Shown here piece by piece: positions 1 to 5,113 of a stretch of DNA of 5,113 bases. A program made the translations under genes and the position numbers. This stretch comes from Delftia acidovorans NBRC 14950. GTDB lineage: Bacteria; Pseudomonadota; Gammaproteobacteria; Burkholderiales; Burkholderiaceae_C. Where the stretch lies: positions 1-5,113 of the forward strand of contig NZ_BCZP01000059.1 of the NCBI RefSeq assembly GCF_001598795.1, in the 5' to 3' direction. The first letter of the stretch is position 1. Each line of letters starts with the position of its first letter. The notes below the pieces were generated by a model, which saw only the letters and a program-made list of their open reading frames with translations, ran no database searches and was not told where the DNA came from.

Positions 1-3000
1 TTGAGCGTGCGGCCCATCCTGTCGTAGCTGGTGAGGATTTCGCGGTTGGCGGGGTGGTTGGCCTGCACGCTCTGGCGCACGGCGGCATCGGCCAGGGCCG
101 TGCCGGCCGGCGAGGGCAGGGCGATGGCCTGGGCGTGGCGCACCAGGCGCTCGGTCTCGCCCCAGGCGTTGCGCGTGTAGCCGGTGACGAAGCCTGCGGC
201 GTCCACGTCGAAGCTGACACGGCCGGCGCGGTCGTAGCTCTTGTAGCTCCAGGCTTCCTTGGTACCGGGGATGCCCATGGCGCGGCTGGCCACGGCGTTG
301 CCCAGCGCGTCGTAGCGGGTTTCGCTGCTCAGCTCGACGCCACGGGTTTCCACGCGCGCAGCCTCGCCCAGCCTGTTGTTGCCCAGCAGGGCCGCGGGGC
401 TTTCTGCCTGGTACACGCCCACGCCGGGGAAGATCGTCTTGATCTGGCGCCCGACCTTGTCGTATTCGTATCGGGTGCTGCGCTGCTCGGGACGGCCCAG
501 GGCCTCGGTGCGGGAGGTGAGGTTGCCGAAGCTGTCGTAGGCCAGTTGCGTGACGATGCGCTGGCTGCCCGTGTTGCCGGCATCGGGCACCAGGGTGCCG
601 CTTTGCTCCTTGACGGCGGCCAGGTCCACGGCCGGAGAGGTCTCGCGTACCAGGCGGCCCGCACGGTCGTAGTCGTAGTTCCAGGTGGCACCGGCCTTGT
701 TGGTGAAGGCGGTTTTCTGGCCCAGGGCGTTGTAGGCGTAGGTTTCGCGGTTGCCCAGCGCGTCCGTGGTGCTGGCCAGGCGGCCTGCGCCGTCGTAGCT
801 GTAGCGCGTGTGGCGGTCCTGGGCCGAGGCGCTGCCAGACTTGTCGGCGTATTCGGTGAGGTGGGTGAGCTGGCCCGTGCCGTCGTATTCGCGCGCGGTG
901 GCGTAGCCGTTGGCGTCGATGGTGCGCACGGTGCGGTTGGCGCCATCGAGGATTTGCGTGGTCTCGCGGTCCTGGCTGGCGTTGGGCTGGAGCATGGCCA
1001 TGACGCGCTCCAGCGTGATGTCGGCCACGCCCAGGGCGGACAGGTCCACGGTGTTGGCGTAGGCGGTGACGGTCTGGCTGTGCAGCTTTTGCTGCGCGGC
1101 GCCTGATGTGCCCGATGCGCCTGACGAGGCGGCCGTGACGACGAACACCTTGTCGTAGCGGATCTGGCGCACGGCGCCCGCTGCATTGACCTCCAGCACC
1201 TGTCGGTTGGCCTTGTCGTAGGCCAGGGTGGTTGTGCGGTCGCCTGCGGCGGTGCGCAGGTAATTGCCGATGTTGCTGCGGTCGTAGTTGGTGATCACGG
1301 GGCCTGCCACGGCGCCGCTGATAAAGACCGGCGGCGTGATCAGGGTGGAGAACTCGGTGCGCTGCCGCAGGTTGCCGTTGCGGTCCCACACCTGGCGCAC
1401 CACGGCGCCGTCCGCACCCACGATGTGGGTCTCGCGGCCTGCCGCGTCGTAGACGTAGTCGGTGGACAGGGCGCCGGCCTGCACCACATCCTGGGGCTGC
1501 TGGCCGGCCGTGATGGCGCTTGCAAACCGTGCCTTCTTGACGACGCGGCCATCGCGGTCGTACTGGTAGGCGGTGACCGAGCCTGCGGCATCGGCGCTCC
1601 AGCTCAGGCGGCCGGCGCGGTCGTAGGTGTTTTTCTCGACAGCGTTGGCTGCCGAGCTGTCCTGGGCGATCAGCGTGTAGATGGCGGCGCTGTCGTAGGG
1701 GTCCAAGCCCAGGGCGACGGTCTGGGCATAACGCACGCGCTCCACCACGTTGCCTGCCGCGTCATAGCGCAGCCCGGTCACGGCGCCCGTGCCGTCGGCC
1801 GTGGCGATGAGGCGGCCCATGCCGTCGTAGACCATGCGGGTGCGCAGGTCGCGCGCATCGTCGGCCACGGGCGTGGGGAAGGTGCCGGGGGTCCAGCCGC
1901 CCGTGCCGCCGATGCTGATGCGGTTGGCGTAGCTGCGCTGCTCCTGGATGCGGCCATTGCCGTCGCGCAGGTAGGTGGTGACCTCGCCCAGCCCCGTGAC
2001 CACCGATTGCAGGTGGTTGTTGGCGTCGTAGCTGCGGTATTCGATCCGGTCGCTGGCCGTGGGGGCGATGCGCGCCAGCACCTGCTCGGGCCAGGTGGAC
2101 GGACCGAACACCGGGCCGTTGTTCACATAGACCTGAAGGTCGATGCCCGTGAGCGGGTTGCGGTATTCGGCCAGGCGGCTGATGCGGCCCAGTGCGTCGT
2201 AGCGGGTTTCCTGGACGCCGCCTGCGCCATCGACGGCCAGGATCTGGCGGTTCTCGCTGTCGTACAGGTAGTAGCTGGTGTTGCCGTTGGCGTCCACGCT
2301 GCTGGTGACGTTGCCGCCTGCGTCATAGGTGTAGCTGCGCGTGAGGTTCAGACCGCTGGGGTCGATCTGCTCCTTGGTGCGCCGGCCCGCCGCATCGTAG
2401 GTGTAGCGCGTGAGCGTGCCTTCGGGGCTGGTGACTTCCAGCGCATGGCCCTGGGCGTCGTAGCTGTAGCGCGTGGACAGGGCCAGGCCTGCGGGGTCCA
2501 CGATCTGCTCGAGCAACTGGCCCTTGGCGTCATAGCGCAGCTCGGTGACGGTGCCACCGGGCTCGGTGATGCGGATCTGGCGGCCCAGCGGGTCGTAGGC
2601 GTACTGGGTGGTCAGCGCCAGGCCCGTGGGGTCCACGGTGCGCGAGAGCACGCGGTTGGCCGCATCGTAGGCGATGGTGGTGCGCGTGCCGTTGGCGTCC
2701 ACGGTCTCGATCAGCCGGCCGGCCTTGTCGTAGGCCTGGGTGGTGGCCGCCGTCTGCATGACCTTGGCGTCGTACAGCCAGGTCGAGGCCGACGAACCCG
2801 TGGGCTGGCCGTTGGCATCGAAGGTGTAGGTGGTCAGGTGGCCTTGGGAGTCGGAGACGCTGATCTGGTCGCCATGGCGGTTGTAGGTCTGTTTGGCCAG
2901 CAGGCCTTCGTCCGTGGTGATGGTGACGGTACGGGCCTTGGCATCGTAGGCGTAGCGGGTGGTGCCGCCCTCGGCGTTGACCTGGGTGACGATGCGGCTG

Positions 3001-5113
3001 AAGGCGTCGTAGGTGGTGGTGAGCGTGGCCCACAGCGAGTCGGTGCTGCTGACTTCGCGGCCCAGCCTGTCGTAGGCACGGGTGCGCGTGTGGCCCAGCG
3101 CATCCGTGGCGCTGACCTGGCGGCCGAAGGCGTCGTAGGTGGCGGCCGTGGTCAGGGCCAGCTTGCCGGCATCGCGCACCTGGCCCGTGGCCAGGCCGCG
3201 CCGGTCGTAGGTGGTCTGGATGAGGGTGCTGGTGGTGCCCGTGCCAGTGGCTTCGGTGCGCTGCGTCTCTTCGCGGAAGGTGTTGTAGACGTAGTTGCGC
3301 GTGAAGCCCAGCGCATCGCGCTCGCTGGCCAGGGTGCCGTTGGTGTTGTAGGTGTACTGGGTGGTCTGGTCCTTAGCGGCATTGGTGGCCGCCTGCAGCA
3401 GCGACTGCAGTGTGCTGTTGACCAGGCCGCCGGCCAGCGACCCCGTCAGCGAGCCCGGGTTGATGCGCGTGCCGTAGCGCACCTGTGCGCTCACCTGGCC
3501 CAGCGCGTTGTAGCGCGTCTCGGCCACTTCGCCCAGCGCGTTGATGGTGTGCGTGAGCTGATGCTCGGCGTTGTAGAAGAACAGGGTGCGCAGGCCGTTG
3601 GCATCGGTGGTGCTGGTGCGCCGGCCGGCTGCATCGTAGGTGTGGCGGCTGGCGTAGCTGCTCCAGACGGCCTCGACCTGGGCAGGGGTCTGGGCTGCGG
3701 CCAGCTGGCGTGCACCTTCGGCGCTGAGCTCGGCCGTGATCCTGCCCAGCGCGTCATAGCGCACCTGGCGCGTGCGCGCCTCGGAGGTACCTGCGGCCAC
3801 GGTGCTGGCCGTGCGGTTGCCGGCGGCGTCGTAGCTGTGCTCGGTGCGCGTGCCCTGCCAGTCGGTCTCGGCCGTGAGCTGGCCCAGCTTGTCGTATTCG
3901 AAGACGGTGGTGCGGTCCTGGGCGTTGGTGGCCGGGCGGATGCCGGCCACGGCCGTGGTGCTGGTGAGCGTGGACAGCACGGCCGCCTTCAATGCCGTGG
4001 CGTAGCAGGTCTGGCTGGTGAGCTGGCCGGCCGTGTCGTAGCCGAAGGTGGTGAGGTAGCCGGCGCCATCCACCGTGCCGGCCAGGCGGCCCTGGCCGTC
4101 GTAGAGGCGGCGCTCAATGATGTCCTGGGCGTTGGAGGCGGGCATCAGCTCGGCGAGCGTGCCGGTGGCACGCTTGGCGGCATTGGTCGCGGTGGCAAAG
4201 CGGGTGGTGCTGGCCAGGCGGCCGGCGGCGTCGTAGTTGAGGGCCACGAGGTAGCCTTCGGCATCCAGCGATCCCGTGCGCAGCCCGTCGGCATCGTAGA
4301 AATGGCGCGTGACGCGGTCGGCGGTGGCACTGGCGGTGGGTGCAATGGCCGAAGCTGCGGGGCTGTTGCCCAGCGAGGACGTGGCAGACGCGGACAGGGC
4401 GTTGGCATAGCGGCGCGTGGACACCAGGCGCGAGGCGCCGTCGTAGATGTTCTCGGTGATGCTGCCGTCGCTGCCCACGGTTTTGGCCAGGCGTCCGGCT
4501 GCGTCGTAGGCCATCCATTCGCTGCGGTCGGCCGCGCTGGCTACGGGGCGGAGAGTGGCCAGCGTGACGGTGTTCGTCATCAGGGCGATGTTGACCGCAT
4601 TGGCATAAGCAATGGTGCGTGTCAACTGGCCCGAGCCGTTGTAGATGAACTCCTGCAGTCGGCCCGAATGGCTGACCTCAGCCACCTTGCGGCCGGCATC
4701 GTCATAGACGATCCATTGCCGCACACCTGTGGCGTCCTGCGACGAAACCAGCCGTCCTGCCGCGTCGTAGGCATAGCTGGTCTGCGTTTCCGCGCCCGGA
4801 CCCGGACCCATGGTGGGGCCGGCATCCCGGCGCAGATTGCTGATCAGGCGCCCAGCGCTGTCATAGCTGCGCACCTCCTGCAGCCCATTGGCCGACAGCA
4901 CCACGATGCGCCGGCCCATGTCGTCATAGGTGGTCGTCGTGACCTGCCCCTTGGCGTCGGTCACCGTCAGCAGCCGCCCCAGGCCGTCATAGGCATAACT
5001 GGTGCTGCCGCCATTGCCATCAATGGTCTGCAGCAGTCGTCCGGCCTGGTCGTAGATATGGCGCGTGACCGTGCTGCCCGCCGCCAGTCCGTTGCCTGCG
5101 GCGTCGGTGGCCG
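1..5113 (-). CDS. RHS/YD-repeat family protein, internal fragment (both 5' and 3' ends lie outside the window)
   Basis: I checked the reverse-strand frame with codons at + positions 3n..3n+2 codon by codon. There is no in-frame TTA/CTA/TCA (= TAA/TAG/TGA) from 5111 down to 3, giving 1,703 codons. The translation is dense in YD-repeat consensus. Examples: 5099-5040 AGNGLAAGSTVTRHIYDQAG; 5039-4920 RLLQTIDGNGGSTSYAYDGLGRLLTVTDAKGQVTTTTYDD; 2639-2520 TVDPTGLALTTQYAYDPLGRQIRITEPGGTVTELRYDAKG; 59-3 NHPANREILTSYDRMGRTL. A hand count gives about 49 Y-D dipeptides plus about 8 Y-N/F-D/W-D variants. Third codon positions in this frame are almost all G/C. The window contains no N-terminal domain, no Rhs core-terminating PxxxxDPxGL motif, and no start or stop. 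Confidence 0.93.
852..2165 (-). repeat. Second zone of six insert-plus-hairpin supermodules (58-97 aa each), protein-level
   Basis: Module-opening aromatic residues: Y 2163 (YRNPL), Y 1929 (YANRI), Y 1728 (YAQTV), F 1524 (FASAI), F 1350 (FSTLI) and Y 1059 (YANTV). The next module opens at Y 849 (YADKS). Spacings are 78, 67, 68, 58, 97 and 70 aa. Each unit has a non-YD insert of variable length followed by YD-type hairpins. The pattern continues in more degenerate form to the left edge of the window. Confidence 0.5.
2166..3359 (-). repeat. Regular run of about 19 canonical 21-23 aa YD beta-hairpin repeats (protein-level repeat inside the CDS)
   Basis: The translation runs from QYTYNTNGTLASERDALGFTRNYVYN... 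to ...GVQETRYDALGRISRLAE, with a Y-D or Y-N motif every 21-23 residues and no long inserts. Spacing of the conserved Asp of the (V/I)D(P/A)xG turn: 2697, 2631, 2496, 2361, 2292, 2229. From 2631 to 2361 the hairpins pair into three 45-aa (135-nt) units. These alternate a DPxGL-type turn (TVDPTGLAL, IVDPAGLAL, QIDPSGLNL) with an xPxG turn (TEPGGT, TSPEGT). Confidence 0.8.
3810..4607 (-). repeat. Four consecutive 65-70 aa supermodules (long insert + two YD hairpins), protein-level
   Basis: The modules start at the aromatic residue of a [YF]-A-[NT] motif at 4605-4607, 4407-4409, 4197-4199 and 4002-4004, giving spacings of 198, 210 and 195 nt. The four units align as follows. M1: YANAVNIALMTNTVTLATLRPVASAADRSEWMAYDAAGRLAKTVGSDGSITENIYDGASRLVSTRR. 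M2: YANALSASATSSLGNSPAASAIAPTASATADRVTRHFYDADGLRTGSLDAEGYLVALNYDAAGRLASTTR. M3: FATATNAAKRATGTLAELMPASNAQDIIERRLYDGQGRLAGTVDGAGYLTTFGYDTAGQLTSQTC. M4: YATALKAAVLSTLTSTTAVAGIRPATNAQDRTTVFEYDKLGQLTAETDWQGTRTEHSYDAAGNRT. Confidence 0.6.

Noticed and set aside
54-1106. A 350-aa plus-strand ORF (GTG start), the longest entry in the ORF track.
   Set aside because: It lies entirely antisense to the stop-free YD-repeat frame. Its translation is Gly/Ala/Val/Arg low-complexity sequence with no recognisable motif. Long antisense ORFs are expected opposite genes with G/C-rich third positions. I saw no convincing Shine-Dalgarno sequence upstream of position 54.
2358-2639. DPxGL-like motifs (TVDPTGLAL, IVDPAGLAL, QIDPSGLNL), considered as the Rhs core-terminating PxxxxDPxGL autoproteolysis motif.
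   Set aside because: None has Pro at position -5 relative to the Asp. Each is followed immediately by further x-Y-x-Y-D hairpins, and they recur every 45 aa. They are ordinary hairpin turns of the repeat and not the C-terminal core boundary.
329-4825. Eleven minus-strand ORFs from the track (329..1186, 1340..1591, 2123..2326, 2348..2557, 2530..3033, 2834..3103, 3152..3382, 3491..3757, 4114..4518, 4145..4408, 4622..4825). These might suggest a frameshifted pseudogene or a cluster of small genes.
   Set aside because: All are in the two minus frames that do not carry the Y-D motifs (codon starts 1 or 2 mod 3). Their translations are Pro/Thr/Ala/Arg/Trp- or His/Arg/Pro-rich, typical of off-frame reading of GC-rich coding DNA. 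The true frame is uninterrupted, so no frameshift needs to be invoked.
4800-4830. Internal Met codons (for example M in GPTMGPG near 4809-4811, and others at about 4917, 2757 and 1836), considered as possible true starts of a shorter gene.
   Set aside because: YD-repeat sequence continues in frame upstream of every one of them without a break, and none is preceded by an obvious ribosome-binding site. The real start must lie to the right of 5113.
1-5113. The periodic DNA word gtcgta(g) seen throughout, considered as a possible DNA-level tandem repeat or CRISPR-like array.
   Set aside because: The periodicity is at the protein level, arising from the Y-D codons TAC-GAC on the other strand. The spacing is irregular (21-23 codons, with long inserts) and the flanking DNA is diverged. 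The longest near-identical DNA words I found by eye are about 23 nt. For example, 301-323 and 2188-2210 match at 22 of 23 positions, and both encode ETRYDALG. There are no direct repeats with unique spacers.
1-5113. Promoters, RBS, terminators, tRNA or other RNA genes, IS elements and inverted repeats.
   Set aside because: The window has no intergenic space. I saw no AT-rich stretch, no stem-loop followed by a T-tract, and no terminal inverted repeats. Any such call would be unsupported inside a continuous coding region.

Overview
The whole 5,113-nt window is an internal piece of one very large minus-strand gene for an RHS/YD-repeat protein (Rhs family, the shell-forming repeat also found in Tc toxins and teneurins). 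I translated the reverse strand by hand in the frame whose codons occupy + positions 3n..3n+2. This gives 1,703 consecutive sense codons (5111 down to 3) with no stop. It contains roughly 50 in-frame Y-D dipeptides in the classic x-Y-x-Y-D-x-x-G-R-L context, which appear on the + strand as the recurring word gtcgta. The listed ORFs I checked end on a stop codon, and this frame has none in the window, which would explain why it is missing from the ORF track. All 12 listed ORFs (1 plus, 11 minus) lie in other frames, have low-complexity translations, and are best read as artefacts of G+C-rich DNA. I could not support any start, stop, RBS, promoter, terminator, RNA gene, mobile element or CRISPR array. 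Two things merit a second look. First, there are more than 1,700 aa of YD repeats with neither protein terminus in view. Second, there is a higher-order architecture: zones of regular 21-23 aa hairpins alternate with zones of about 58-97 aa (mostly 65-70 aa) supermodules, each made of one long Ala/Ser/Thr/Leu-rich insert plus two YD hairpins, with conserved motifs opening and closing each insert. No multi-gene system can be seen, because the window never leaves this single gene. Any toxin tip or immunity gene would lie beyond position 1. The DNA is G+C-rich with G/C at most third codon positions, but I cannot assign a taxon.
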